Below, piece after piece: positions 42,991 to 54,021 of a stretch of 64,000 nt of DNA. The stretch lies in NCBI RefSeq assembly GCF_002854065.1, contig NZ_CP024147.1, one strand, 5' to 3'. A program made the translations under genes and the position numbers. Numbering within the stretch: the first letter of the stretch is position 1; every line of letters starts with the position of its first letter. The notes below the pieces were generated by a model. The model saw only the letters and a program-made list of their open reading frames with translations. It was not told the origin of the DNA and did no database searches. The stretch is from Escherichia coli (lineage in GTDB: Bacteria; Pseudomonadota; Gammaproteobacteria; Enterobacterales; Enterobacteriaceae).

Positions 42991-43154
42991 GATCGTCTCC
43001 TTGCGGTGTGAGGTATAACAAGGGTAGACGTGACTGGCGAAATCTTCGCCAGTCGGTAACAGCTTTACGACAGCTATCACGAATTTACGGGCAAGGATTA
43101 CAGAGATAGTTGAAAAAGCGGCTGACAATTTGCCAGCCGTTGTTGGAATGATGA

Positions 43155-44167
43155 TTACATTGCGGCGCGATAAATCGCCACAATTTCTTCGTGAGTTGCC
43201 TGGATCGGGTTAGTAAAGCCACAGGCATCTTTCAGGGCATTAGTCGCCAGAACCGCGAAATCTTCTTCTTTCACGTTCAGGTCGCGTAGGCCTGCCGGGA
43301 TATCCACTTTCTTCGCCAGTTCACGGATGGCGTTAATGCAGGCTTCAGCACCTTCCGCGTCGTTTTTACCTGTCACGTTCACGCCCATTGCAGCGGCACA
43401 GTCACGCAGACGTGCAGCGGCGACTTTGCTGTTGAATACCTGAACATGCGGCAGCAGAACGGCGTTACATACACCGTGTGGCAGGTTGTAGAAACCGCCC
43501 AGCTGGTGCGCCATCGCATGAACATAACCCAGAGAAGCATTATTGAACGCCATACCGGCGAGGAACTGGGCATAAGCCATTGCTTCACGCGCTTTCGCAT
43601 TACTGCCATCTTCAACGGCTAACGGCAGGTTTTCGGCAATCATGGTCACGGCTTTCAGTGCACAAGCGTCAGTGATCGGCGTGGCGGCAATAGAAACATA
43701 CGCTTCGATAGCGTGCGTTAAGGCATCCATACCCGTTGCGGCGGTCAGTGACTTCGGCATACCAATCATCAGAGAGGAGTCATTGACAGAAAGCAGCGGA
43801 GTGACATGTTTATCAACAATCGCCATTTTGATATGACGCGCTTCGTCAGTGATGATGCAGAAACGGGTCATTTCAGAGGCCGTACCCGCCGTGGTATTGA
43901 TGGCGATCATCGGCAGCTGCGGTTTTGCAGAGCGGTCAACGCCTTCGTAATCGCGAATATCGCCGCCATTGGCTGCCACCAGCGCAATACCTTTTGCGCA
44001 GTCGTGCGGAGAACCACCGCCTAAGGAAATCACGCTATCGCAATTATTTTCTTTAAGTAATTTCAAACCTGCAGCGACGTTTTCCGTGGTGGGGTTAGGT
44101 TGGGTGCCATCATAAATAATGCTAAAAATATTGCGTTCTTCCAGTGCTTTTTGCACATCGCCCGCCA
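43155..44167 (-). pseudogene. yiaY: Fe-dependent alcohol dehydrogenase YiaY, 5'-truncated by IS1
   Basis: The reading frame abuts the IS1 end at 44167/44168 and begins ...[20 protein letters not shown].... By my recollection of K-12 YiaY, about 46 N-terminal codons and the promoter are missing. Confidence 0.85.
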
Positions 44168-44182
44168 GGTAATGACTCCAAC

Positions 44183-44686
44183 TTATTGATAGTGTTTTAT
44201 GTTCAGATAATGCCCGATGACTTTGTCATGCAGCTCCACCGATTTTGAGAACGACAGCGACTTCCGTCCCAGCCGTGCCAGGTGCTGCCTCAGATTCAGG
44301 TTATGCCGCTCAATTCGCTGCGTATATCGCTTGCTGATTACGTGCAGCTTTCCCTTCAGGCGGGATTCATACAGCGGCCAGCCATCCGTCATCCATATCA
44401 CCACGTCAAAGGGTGACAGCAGGCTCATAAGACGCCCCAGCGTCGCCATAGTGCGTTCACCGAATACGTGCGCAACAACCGTCTTCCGGAGACTGTCATA
44501 CGCGTAAAACAGCCAGCGCTGGCGCGATTTAGCCCCGACATAGCCCCACTGTTCGTCCATTTCCGCGCAGACGATGACGTCACTGCCCGGCTGTATGCGC
44601 GAGGTTACCGACTGCGGCCTGAGTTTTTTAAGTGACGTAAAATCGTGTTGAGGCCAACGCCCATAATGCGGGCAGTTGCCCGGCAT
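44183..44686 (-). CDS. insB: IS1 insB' frame (copy A)
   Basis: 167-aa frame identical to that of copy 1. Confidence 0.9.
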
Positions 44687-44880
44687 CCAACGCCATTCAT
44701 GGCCATATCAATGATTTTCTGGTGCGTACCGGGTTGAGAAGCGGTGTAAGTGAACTGCAGTTGCCATGTTTTACGGCAGTGAGAGCAGAGATAGCGCTGA
44801 TGTCCGGCGGTGCTTTTGCCGTTACGCACCACCCCGTCAGTAGCTGAACAGGAGGGACAGCTGATAGAAACAGAAGCCAC
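44605..44880 (-). CDS. insA: IS1 InsA (copy A)
   Basis: 91 aa, identical to the InsA of copy 1. Confidence 0.95.
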
Positions 44881-44963
44881 TGGAGCACCTCAAAAACACC
44901 ATCATACACTAAATCAGTAAGTTGGCAGCATCACCTATTATTGTTTAGCAAAATTAATCTAAT

Positions 44964-45003
44964 AAAAAGCACATTGTATTCATTAAACAATGTGCTTTTT
45001 TTA
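44964..45003. terminator. Bidirectional hairpin terminator in the 85-bp spacer between the two IS1 copies (original selB terminator)
   Basis: AAAAAGCACATTGT (44965-44978) / ACAATGTGCTTTTT (44988-45001), flanked by an A-run and a T-run. Confidence 0.75.
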
Positions 45004-45035
45004 AAATCATAAGAATTTTGGGTAATGACTCCAAC

Positions 45036-45539
45036 TTATTGATAGTGTTTTATGTTCAGATAATGCCCGATGACTTTGTCATGCAGCTCCACCGATTTTG
45101 AGAACGACAGCGACTTCCGTCCCAGCCGTGCCAGGTGCTGCCTCAGATTCAGGTTATGCCGCTCAATTCGCTGCGTATATCGCTTGCTGATTACGTGCAG
45201 CTTTCCCTTCAGGCGGGATTCATACAGCGGCCAGCCATCCGTCATCCATATCACCACGTCAAAGGGTGACAGCAGGCTCATAAGACGCCCCAGCGTCGCC
45301 ATAGTGCGTTCACCGAATACGTGCGCAACAACCGTCTTCCGGAGCCTGTCATACGCGTAAAACAGCCAGCGCTGGCGCGATTTAGCCCCGACGTATCCCC
45401 ACTGTTCGTCCATTTCCGCGCAGACGATGACGTCACTGCCCGGCTGTATGCGCGAGGTTACCGACTGCGGCCTGAGTTTTTTAAATGGCGGAAAATCGTG
45501 TTGAGGCCAACGCCCATAATGCGGGCGGTTGCCCGGCAT
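45036..45539 (-). CDS. insB: IS1 insB' frame (copy B)
   Basis: 167-aa frame with several substitutions relative to copy A. Confidence 0.9.
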   Translation of the reverse strand: MPGNRPHYGRWPQHDFPPFKKLRPQSVTSRIQPGSDVIVCAEMDEQWGYVGAKSRQRWLFYAYDRLRKTVVAHVFGERTMATLGRLMSLLSPFDVVIWMTDGWPLYESRLKGKLHVISKRYTQRIERHNLNLRQHLARLGRKSLSFSKSVELHDKVIGHYLNIKHYQ

Positions 45540-45733
45540 CCAACGCCATTCATGGCCATATCAATGATTTTCTGGTGCGTACCGGGTTGAGAAGCGGTGT
45601 AAGTGAACTGCAGTTGCCATGTTTTACGGCAGTGAGAGCAGAGATAGCGCTGATGTCCGGCAGTGCTTTTGCCGTTACGCACCACCCCATCAGTAGCTGA
45701 ACAGGAGGGACAGCTGATAGAAACAGAAGCCAC
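45458..45733 (-). CDS. insA: IS1 InsA (copy B)
   Basis: 91 aa, with one substitution relative to copy A. Confidence 0.95.
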   Translation of the reverse strand: MASVSISCPSCSATDGVVRNGKSTAGHQRYLCSHCRKTWQLQFTYTASQPGTHQKIIDMAMNGVGCRATARIMGVGLNTIFRHLKNSGRSR

Positions 45734-45831
45734 TGGAGCACCTCAAAAACACCATCATACACTAAATCAGTAAGTTGGCAGCATCACCGAATTTTGTATT
45801 AATTTATTTTAAAACTTAATTAATCATTTCC

Positions 45832-47676
45832 TTATTTTTCCGGAAATAATAATGCGTCGCGCAATAAATGATCATTTCCACGACGACGCGTAAAGCCAAT
45901 GCGGTCAAAATATTCCAGGATTTGAATCGCCAGTTTTCGCCCAACCCCTAAGCGATCGCGGAAATCCGCCGCGCAGGTTGAACCACATTCCTGATCGAGA
46001 TCGCGGATCATATTGGCAAACTCGACAATCCGATCGTTACGGTAATAACGATCTTTGACGATCGCGGTAATTATCCCCTGTTGGGCCGCCTGGCGTAGCG
46101 TCAGACGCATTGCCTGCTCGTCGGTTCCCGTCTCTTTTGCCAGGTCACGCACCCACCACGGTTCGTCACCAAACAGCGGCTCTGCTTTTTGCCAGATGGC
46201 CTGCTGCTCTTCGCTGAAGCCCGCTTTGTGATCCGGCAGATGCAGCCAACCGTGATGACTGAGGATGTCGCCGCTTTCGCGCATCTTTTCAATCAGCAAC
46301 AGTACCAGCGCTTCATCTTCCATTGGCAACGCCATACGTCGCAGACGTTCGCGCCCAGGACCAGGTTCATCGCGATGTTGCTCATGATAAGTCGCTAATG
46401 TGTCGAGAATTTTCCGCTGCCAGCGGGCGGCAACTGGCGCATTCAACAAGCTATAACCAGCCTGAATATAGCCCGGCTGTTGCAGTAGTTCGCGCATCCC
46501 TTCGCCGTTGAGCTGGCGTGCCCAGGCGAAATCCGCAAGGTTAACCGCTCCGCGTTCCAGATGAACAGATAACGCATCGGCATCGCTCTGCGCCCGTGCA
46601 AGAGACGCCAGCCATTGCAGATATTCCGGCTTACGTTTACCGCGACGCGGCGGGTTAAGCATCACCACACGTGCCCCCGCCAGCGTATTGCGGGCCGAGA
46701 TATCGCGCAACACTAAGCGATCGTTATCCGCCAGCCACAGCGGCGTGTCGAACACCAGCTCGGCAAGGTTATCTTCCAGCAGCGAAACGCGTCCCGTAAC
46801 GTGGCTGGCGGCGTGGTGAATATGCAGCGGCTGCCACTGGGTCAGCGGCGTATGGGTTTGAAGCTCGACAATCACCCGCGTGAACGGCTCTGGCGGCACA
46901 TCGGCAAGCAGCCAGTCGCCACGGTTAATCTGCTCTTTTTCCGCATCCCCCGCGATGTTAAGCGCGATACGCTGGCCGGCATGAGCGGTTTCTGTTGGCT
47001 GGTTTTGTGCATGCAGCGCACGTACACGCATCGGTTTATTTACACCAGTCAGCCATAGTGAATCGCCTACCGTCACTTCCCCGCTTAACGCCGTACCGGT
47101 GACGACCAGCCCGGCACCTTTTACGGTAAATGCGCGGTCGATCGCGAGGCGGAAACTATGTTGGCTGGCGTGTTCACGTTCTGGTAACTGAAGCAGATGC
47201 TCGCGCAGGGCATCAATTCCCCGACCCTCGGTTGCTGCGGTGATAAACAGTTTTGCCTCAGCAAAACCGTATTCCCGCAGCACCTCCTTTACCTGGCGTT
47301 CAACCTCATTAACACGCGCTTCGTCCACGCGATCGGCTTTGGTCAGCGCCACTGTCAGCATCGGGTTACCGGTCAGCTGCAAAATCGCCAGATGCTCACG
47401 GGTCTGTGCCATCACACCGTCATCGCACGCCACCACCAACAGCGCGTGATCGATACCACCAACGCCCGCCAGCATGTTGGAAAGAAACTTTTCATGACCG
47501 GGTACGTCGATAAAACCAGGCACGCGACCATCCGGCTGCGGCCAGTAGGCATAGCCGAGATCGATGGTCATGCCGCGCTTTTTTTCTTCCGGCAGACGAT
47601 CGGCATTTACGCCAGTAATCGCCTGCAATAAGGTTGTTTTGCCGTGGTCAACGTGTCCGGCAGTCGCAATAATCAT
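45832..47676 (-). CDS. selB: Selenocysteine-specific translation elongation factor
   Basis: 614 aa, [45 protein letters not shown]..., recognised as SelB. Confidence 0.96.
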   Translation of the reverse strand: MIIATAGHVDHGKTTLLQAITGVNADRLPEEKKRGMTIDLGYAYWPQPDGRVPGFIDVPGHEKFLSNMLAGVGGIDHALLVVACDDGVMAQTREHLAILQLTGNPMLTVALTKADRVDEARVNEVERQVKEVLREYGFAEAKLFITAATEGRGIDALREHLLQLPEREHASQHSFRLAIDRAFTVKGAGLVVTGTALSGEVTVGDSLWLTGVNKPMRVRALHAQNQPTETAHAGQRIALNIAGDAEKEQINRGDWLLADVPPEPFTRVIVELQTHTPLTQWQPLHIHHAASHVTGRVSLLEDNLAELVFDTPLWLADNDRLVLRDISARNTLAGARVVMLNPPRRGKRKPEYLQWLASLARAQSDADALSVHLERGAVNLADFAWARQLNGEGMRELLQQPGYIQAGYSLLNAPVAARWQRKILDTLATYHEQHRDEPGPGRERLRRMALPMEDEALVLLLIEKMRESGDILSHHGWLHLPDHKAGFSEEQQAIWQKAEPLFGDEPWWVRDLAKETGTDEQAMRLTLRQAAQQGIITAIVKDRYYRNDRIVEFANMIRDLDQECGSTCAADFRDRLGVGRKLAIQILEYFDRIGFTRRRGNDHLLRDALLFPEK

Positions 47677-49064
47677 TTCAACAACATCTCCAAAAACCGT
47701 TGCTCATCTTCAAGGCAGCGTAAATCCAGCCACAATCGTCCGTCATAAATACGACCAATCACCGGCACTGGCAATTCACGCCAGCGGGCGGCTAATGACT
47801 CAAGGTGGCTACCGCGTCCATCATGGGGTGTAAACGTTAATGCCGCGCTCGGCAGGCGATCAACCGGCAGCGAACCACTGCCAATCTGCGAAAGACATGG
47901 CATAACCTGTACCGCAAACTCCGCGCCGTAATGTGCGGCAAGGGGAGCCTGTAAACGTTGTGCCTGGATTTGAATGACCTCTGCGCTGCGGGTAAGCAGG
48001 CGCAGGGTCGGTAATTTTTCACTCAGAGCTTCAGGGTGTAAATAAAGACGCAACGTGGCTTCCAACGCCGCGAGGGTCATTTTATCCGCGCGTAATGCAC
48101 GCTTCAGCGGGTGGCTTTGCAGGCGGGCGATCATCTCTTTTTTACCAACAATAATTCCTGCCTGCGGCCCGCCTAACAACTTGTCGCCGGAGAAGCTCAC
48201 CAGACTGACGCCCGCCGCAATCAACTCCTGCGGCATTGGCTCTTTCGGCAAACCGTACTGGCTAAGATCGACCAGCGAGCCACTGCCTAAATCAGTCACT
48301 ACGGGAACATCCAGCTCTTTGCCGAGCGCCACCAGTTCAGCTTCGTCTATCGCTTTGGTGAACCCCTGAATGCTGTAGTTACTGGTATGTACTTTCATCA
48401 ACAGTGCGGTATTTTCATTCACCGCCTGACGATAATCATTCGCGTGCGTGCGGTTGGTGGTCCCTACTTCGTGTAGGGTGCAGCCTGCCTGACGCATAAC
48501 ATCGGGAATACGAAACGCGCCGCCAATCTCCACCAGTTCGCCGCGAGATACCACTACCTCTTTCCCGCTGGCAATGGCCGCCAACATCAATAACACCGCC
48601 GCCGCATTGTTATTAACGATACAGGCATCTTCCGCCCCCGTAATACGGCACAGCAACTGCGCCAGCGCACGATCGCGATGTCCGCGTCCGGCGTCGTCCA
48701 GATCGTACTCGAGGGTCACTGGCGAACGCATAGCCTGCGCAACGGCTTCCACCGCGGCTTCCGCCTGTAAAGCTCGCCCAAGGTTGGTATGCAGCACGGT
48801 TCCCGTCAGGTTGATCACCGGACGCAGCGCACTCTGCGCCTCTTTCGTCAACCGGGCATCGACTTCTTGCGCCCAGTTTTCACACCACGCAGGCAGCGTC
48901 TGGCTGCCACGAATCACTTCTCGCGCTTCGTCGAGCATCTGACGCAACAATTCCACCACGCGGGTGTGACCATAAGTATCACGCAAAGAAAGGAAGGAGC
49001 TATCGCGCAATAAGCGATCAATAGCCGGAAGTTGACTATAGAGGGAACGCGTTTCGGTTGTCAT
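47673..49064 (-). CDS. selA: L-seryl-tRNA(Sec) selenium transferase
   Basis: 463 aa, [33 protein letters not shown].... The stop overlaps the selB start (ATGA). Confidence 0.96.
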   Translation of the reverse strand: MTTETRSLYSQLPAIDRLLRDSSFLSLRDTYGHTRVVELLRQMLDEAREVIRGSQTLPAWCENWAQEVDARLTKEAQSALRPVINLTGTVLHTNLGRALQAEAAVEAVAQAMRSPVTLEYDLDDAGRGHRDRALAQLLCRITGAEDACIVNNNAAAVLLMLAAIASGKEVVVSRGELVEIGGAFRIPDVMRQAGCTLHEVGTTNRTHANDYRQAVNENTALLMKVHTSNYSIQGFTKAIDEAELVALGKELDVPVVTDLGSGSLVDLSQYGLPKEPMPQELIAAGVSLVSFSGDKLLGGPQAGIIVGKKEMIARLQSHPLKRALRADKMTLAALEATLRLYLHPEALSEKLPTLRLLTRSAEVIQIQAQRLQAPLAAHYGAEFAVQVMPCLSQIGSGSLPVDRLPSAALTFTPHDGRGSHLESLAARWRELPVPVIGRIYDGRLWLDLRCLEDEQRFLEMLLK

Positions 49065-49161
49065 AGGAAACCTGGCTGATCAAGGCCCTCTCACACGGAG
49101 AAGAGCGTTTAACATAACCACGGATTGTAACGTGAGATGGGTCAGGAGGACATATCGCGCA

Positions 49162-49770
49162 TCAAGCCTTTGGCGGTTCGGTGCGAGCAAAACTTTCGCG
49201 GCTAAACAGGTTTTCGACCAGTTTGACTAAGTGTGGGCGGTCGACACACCAACCTGGCGCAACGCGGCGGAAATTGAGATATCCGACGGCACAGGCAATA
49301 GCGATAGTCGCCAGATTGACCGTATCGGTTTTGAGTGTGCCATCGACCAGATATCCTTCCAGCACATCCAGACTGCGGTTGATTTTCTCCCGCTGGCGTA
49401 ACAATTCATCTTCAGACTGCTGCGCCGCTGGACGCGCCTGTTCACGCACCGATACCAGCCCGGCATCCATAATGCCATCCGCCAGTGCCTCAATTTTGCG
49501 CACCCGCAACGACTCCAGCGGATCGCGCGGCAACATCGCCGGAGCGACATTCATTAATTCAATATATTCAGCGATGATCGGCGAATCAAACCAGCATTCG
49601 CCCTCTTCGGTCACCAGCACCGGCACTTTTCCTAACGGGTTAAATTGCGCCACGCCGTTGTCCGCGTTATAGGGCAGTTCATTAATAAATTCGAAAGTTA
49701 TGCCCTTTTCTAACAACAGAATAGAAAGTTTGCGTACAAACGGGCTGGTGTAGCTACCGACGAGTTTCAT
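49162..49770 (-). CDS. yibF: Glutathione S-transferase-like protein YibF
   Basis: 202 aa, [31 protein letters not shown]... (GST N-terminal fold). Confidence 0.92.
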
Positions 49771-49840
49771 GCCGAGTCCTTTGTGCGAGGAAAAATATCA
49801 GTATGGCTCAGGCTCACGCAAAACACAGGTGATATAAGTC

Positions 49841-50977
49841 TCAATGATCCAAATAAAGATAATGCATCCAGCTGGTCATTCTTAGCAGCACTTTTCGCAT
49901 CACCGAAACATGGCTGAAATGGTCGGAGTAAACTGCCACCTGGGCGTAAATGCCGTCGGGTAAGGCATCGATATCATCGTTAGGGTCCAGTTCAATGGTT
50001 CCCAGCACACCGTCCGTGCCGGGCACGACCGTTAATGATTGCAATACCCCCTGCGCCTGATAAGAACCGCCTGGCACGACAGGTAAAATACTGGTCAGTT
50101 TGCCGTGGAACACCTGCCCAGGTAGCGCGTTAAACACCACTTCCGCATCATCGCCAGGTTTCAGACGTAACAGCGAGTTTTGCCGAAATTGGGCGACAAT
50201 TTGCCGTTTTTGCTCGGGGATGAAAACCATCACCGGACGCAACGGCAAGGCAGCTGCGTATGTGCCTGGGCGGATCAGTACCTGAGTGACGTAGCCATTG
50301 CTTGGTGCGCGAATGACGGTCTGTTCAAGGTTATATTTTGCTTCTGTAAGTTGCGCTCTTAAGCTCACAATCTGCGATTGCTCGCCGTTGACCATACTGT
50401 CGAGCTGACTCTGGATCTGCGCCTGCTCCGCCACCGAGCCTTTCACTAACGCATCCTGCGCGAGGAAATTTTGCCGCGCATCGTCGATGTCACGTTCCGA
50501 GAACGGATTCACCGCCGCCTGGCTGCCTTTCAGATAACGTTGATAATTTTTAAACAGACGGTCGCGCTCCGCTGAAACCTGGGTGGTGTTGGCCTGCGCT
50601 TCAGTGAGCTGCGCGCGCAGCGTCTTTATATTATGCGTCGCCGTCATCAGGTCAGCCTGAAGTCTGTCAACTCGCGCCTGGTAACGAACCGGGTCGAGCT
50701 TAAAAAGCACCTCGCCCTTTTGAATAAGCTGATTATTCTTGTCAGTGACTTCAGTAACAATTCCCGTCACCTGTGGCGTGATGGGGATCGCTATCACTGC
50801 CTTTTGCGCGGTAAAAGTGTAAGGGTGGTTGTAGTTCATCAACAAAATCAAACCACTCACCAGAAACACGCCTCCCAGCGCCGCCGTCGCCAGCGTCCAC
50901 TGATTCACCGGAATGCGGAAGATTTTAAAGACCGCCCACGCCAACGCCACGTAAGTTAAAACAATCAATAGATCCAT
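49841..50977 (-). CDS. yibH: HlyD-family membrane-fusion-like protein YibH (paralog of YiaV)
   Basis: 378 aa, collinear with YiaV from MDLLI.LTYVA.AWA.FKIF.IPVN.W to the shared C-terminus [37 protein letters not shown]. Confidence 0.9.
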   Translation of the reverse strand: MDLLIVLTYVALAWAVFKIFRIPVNQWTLATAALGGVFLVSGLILLMNYNHPYTFTAQKAVIAIPITPQVTGIVTEVTDKNNQLIQKGEVLFKLDPVRYQARVDRLQADLMTATHNIKTLRAQLTEAQANTTQVSAERDRLFKNYQRYLKGSQAAVNPFSERDIDDARQNFLAQDALVKGSVAEQAQIQSQLDSMVNGEQSQIVSLRAQLTEAKYNLEQTVIRAPSNGYVTQVLIRPGTYAAALPLRPVMVFIPEQKRQIVAQFRQNSLLRLKPGDDAEVVFNALPGQVFHGKLTSILPVVPGGSYQAQGVLQSLTVVPGTDGVLGTIELDPNDDIDALPDGIYAQVAVYSDHFSHVSVMRKVLLRMTSWMHYLYLDH

Positions 50978-50979
50978 AA

Positions 50980-51342
50980 TTAGATCTCCGGGAACGTGGA
51001 ATAGTCAGTCTTTTTCTCGGCGGCGAGTTGGTGCTCCAGCCGGGAAATTCGGTCAGAAAGTGCGGCGATTTCCGGGTCAGTCGCTTTCTCCTGCGACGCA
51101 ACATGTGACTGCATACCCCAGCCACGCTCCGGTTGATAGAGCGTCGCCCAGATCCACAGAAACGGCCAGATAACATGCAGAGTAAACAGGCTCACCCAGC
51201 CCGCCGTATGAATAGCGTCGGCATGGGGATGGTTGCGCTTTTTGGCAATCAGATAAGGGATGTCATGTATCGCGATGATTCCATAAAAAATCACCAGAAA
51301 GACGAAGATCAGCACTCCCAACGCGAAATAGTTTAGAAACAT
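50980..51342 (-). CDS. yibI: Small inner-membrane protein YibI (DUF3302, paralog of YiaW)
   Basis: 120 aa. The first ~77 residues are nearly identical to YiaW. It ends 2 nt before the yibH start. Confidence 0.88.
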   Translation of the reverse strand: MFLNYFALGVLIFVFLVIFYGIIAIHDIPYLIAKKRNHPHADAIHTAGWVSLFTLHVIWPFLWIWATLYQPERGWGMQSHVASQEKATDPEIAALSDRISRLEHQLAAEKKTDYSTFPEI

Positions 51343-51558
51343 ATTTGCCTCGGATTCACGTTTATCAGTGTTGTTTTTTGGCTGGCAGCCAGAAGGGAGT
51401 CAGGCTGATATTTTGACAATAATCCGGGTTCGCGATTCTCGCCATAACACCAAAGAATAATTTTTAGAGGTGATGAGTTGCTTAGTTACATAACGATTGT
51501 ATGACGAAGGCATAACATGCTGTAGATCACATCAGGTGAACGCCGTAAGAAAATATCT

Positions 51559-51735
51559 TGTGATTCAGATCACAAAGATTCAACAAACCATCAAAACAAA
51601 AATGTGACATTAGTCACATTTAAATGCCATTTTTAGCGAAAATCGCCGCCTTGTTGCTTTTTTACACAAGCGTTTTGTGATGAACATCACGTCAATTACC
51701 TCTCTACCCCCTATATTTATGTGATTGATATCACA
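51559..51735 (+). promoter_or_regulatory. mtlADR control region with four CRP-type palindromes
   Basis: TGTGATTCAGATCACA (51559-51574), TGTGACATTAGTCACA (51603-51618), TGTGATGAACATCACG (51676-51691) and TGTGATTGATATCACA (51720-51735) all fit TGTGA-N6-TCACA. Confidence 0.8.
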
Positions 51736-51878
51736 CAAAAGGCCGTCGACTGGACAGTTAACCGATTCAGTGCCAGATTTCGCAGTATCTACAAGGTCCG
51801 GCTACCTCTGCCGCCACATTAACAAAAAACCTCGGGCTTCCAGCCTGCGCGACAGCAAACATAAGAAGGGGTGTTTTT

Positions 51879-53792
51879 ATGTCATCCGATATTAAGATCA
51901 AAGTGCAAAGCTTTGGTCGTTTCCTCAGCAACATGGTGATGCCAAATATCGGCGCGTTTATCGCGTGGGGTATCATCACCGCGTTATTTATTCCAACAGG
52001 GTGGTTACCGAACGAGACGCTGGCGAAGCTGGTCGGGCCGATGATCACTTATCTCCTGCCGCTGCTGATCGGTTATACCGGTGGTAAGCTGGTAGGCGGC
52101 GAACGTGGCGGCGTAGTCGGTGCCATCACCACCATGGGCGTTATCGTCGGCGCAGACATGCCGATGTTCCTCGGTTCTATGATTGCAGGTCCGCTGGGCG
52201 GCTGGTGCATTAAGCACTTCGACCGCTGGGTAGACGGTAAGATCAAATCCGGTTTTGAGATGCTGGTGAATAACTTCTCCGCAGGCATCATCGGGATGAT
52301 CCTCGCCATTCTGGCATTTCTCGGCATTGGCCCGATTGTTGAAGCCCTGTCCAAAATGCTGGCTGCGGGCGTTAACTTCATGGTTGTCCATGACATGCTG
52401 CCGCTGGCGTCTATCTTTGTTGAACCGGCGAAAATCCTGTTCCTCAACAACGCCATTAACCACGGTATCTTCTCGCCGCTGGGTATTCAGCAGTCCCATG
52501 AACTGGGTAAATCCATATTCTTCCTGATTGAAGCTAACCCAGGTCCGGGTATGGGCGTGCTGCTGGCGTACATGTTCTTTGGTCGTGGTAGCGCTAAACA
52601 GTCTGCGGGCGGTGCGGCAATTATCCACTTCCTGGGTGGTATCCACGAAATTTACTTCCCGTATGTGTTGATGAATCCGCGTCTGATCCTGGCCGTTATC
52701 CTCGGCGGTATGACTGGCGTGTTCACGCTGACTATCCTGGGCGGTGGTCTGGTTTCTCCGGCATCTCCGGGTTCTATCCTTGCTGTACTGGCGATGACAC
52801 CAAAAGGTGCTTATTTCGCTAACATCGCGGGTGTGTGTGCGGCGATGGCTGTCTCCTTTGTTGTCTCTGCTATTTTGCTGAAAACCAGCAAAGTGAAAGA
52901 AGAAGATGATATTGAAGCAGCAACTCGTCGTATGCAGGACATGAAAGCTGAGTCTAAAGGTGCATCTCCGCTGTCTGCGGGCGATGTGACTAACGACCTG
53001 AGCCACGTACGTAAAATCATCGTTGCCTGTGACGCCGGTATGGGTTCAAGTGCGATGGGCGCAGGCGTGCTGCGTAAGAAAATTCAGGATGCAGGTCTGT
53101 CGCAGATTTCGGTCACTAACAGTGCGATCAACAACCTGCCGCCAGATGTGGACCTCGTCATCACTCACCGTGACCTGACCGAACGCGCTATGCGCCAGGT
53201 TCCGCAGGCACAGCATATTTCGCTGACCAACTTCCTCGACAGCGGCCTGTACACCAGCCTGACCGAACGTCTGGTTGCTGCCCAGCGCCATACTGAAAAC
53301 GAAGTGAAAGTGAAAGACAGTCTGAAAGACAGCTTTGACGATTCCAGTGCTAACCTGTTCAAACTGGGCGCGGAGAACATCTTCCTCGGTCGCAAAGCGG
53401 CCACCAAAGAAGAAGCGATTCGTTTTGCTGGCGAGCAGCTGGTGAAAGGCGGTTACGTTGAGCCGGAATACGTTCAGGCGATGCTGGATCGTGAAAAACT
53501 GACCCCGACTTATCTGGGTGAGTCTATCGCGGTGCCACACGGTACGGTTGAAGCGAAAGATCGCGTACTGAAAACGGGCGTGGTGTTCTGCCAGTACCCG
53601 GAAGGCGTGCGCTTCGGTGAAGAAGAAGATGACATTGCCCGTCTGGTGATTGGTATTGCTGCCCGTAACAACGAGCACATTCAGGTTATCACCAGCCTGA
53701 CCAATGCACTGGATGATGAGTCCGTCATCGAGCGTCTGGCACACACCACCAGCGTGGATGAAGTGCTGGAACTGCTGGCAGGTCATAAGTAA
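51879..53792 (+). CDS. mtlA: Mannitol-specific PTS enzyme IICBA
   Basis: 637 aa, [42 protein letters not shown]..., recognised as MtlA. Confidence 0.97.
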   Translation: MSSDIKIKVQSFGRFLSNMVMPNIGAFIAWGIITALFIPTGWLPNETLAKLVGPMITYLLPLLIGYTGGKLVGGERGGVVGAITTMGVIVGADMPMFLGSMIAGPLGGWCIKHFDRWVDGKIKSGFEMLVNNFSAGIIGMILAILAFLGIGPIVEALSKMLAAGVNFMVVHDMLPLASIFVEPAKILFLNNAINHGIFSPLGIQQSHELGKSIFFLIEANPGPGMGVLLAYMFFGRGSAKQSAGGAAIIHFLGGIHEIYFPYVLMNPRLILAVILGGMTGVFTLTILGGGLVSPASPGSILAVLAMTPKGAYFANIAGVCAAMAVSFVVSAILLKTSKVKEEDDIEAATRRMQDMKAESKGASPLSAGDVTNDLSHVRKIIVACDAGMGSSAMGAGVLRKKIQDAGLSQISVTNSAINNLPPDVDLVITHRDLTERAMRQVPQAQHISLTNFLDSGLYTSLTERLVAAQRHTENEVKVKDSLKDSFDDSSANLFKLGAENIFLGRKAATKEEAIRFAGEQLVKGGYVEPEYVQAMLDREKLTPTYLGESIAVPHGTVEAKDRVLKTGVVFCQYPEGVRFGEEEDDIARLVIGIAARNNEHIQVITSLTNALDDESVIERLAHTTSVDEVLELLAGHK

Positions 53793-53797
53793 TCCAA

Positions 53798-53992
<195 letters not shown>

Positions 53993-54021
53993 GGGTAAAA
54001 ACATTGATGAAGGTTAATACT

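Larger units (their letters stand above)
44168..44935 (-). mobile_element. IS1 copy A (768 bp)
   Basis: Full-length IS1. The translations of all four frames listed in the ORF track are identical to those of copy 1. The flanks differ (CGCCCGCCA on one side, TATTATTGT on the other), so there is no target-site duplication. Confidence 0.96.
45021..45788 (-). mobile_element. IS1 copy B (768 bp), a variant isoform
   Basis: Full-length IS1 with an 8-bp duplication GAATTTTG at 45013-45020 and 45789-45796. The InsB' frame differs from copy A ([18 protein letters not shown] and DRLRK versus [18 protein letters not shown] and DSLRK). InsA has TIFRH versus TILRH. Confidence 0.96.

Noticed and set aside
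44936-45020. The IS1 - 85 bp - IS1 arrangement considered as a composite transposon carrying cargo.
   Set aside because: The 85-bp segment is just native selB-yiaY intergenic DNA with the terminator hairpin. The outer flanks share no common target duplication, and the two IS1 copies have separate insertion histories.
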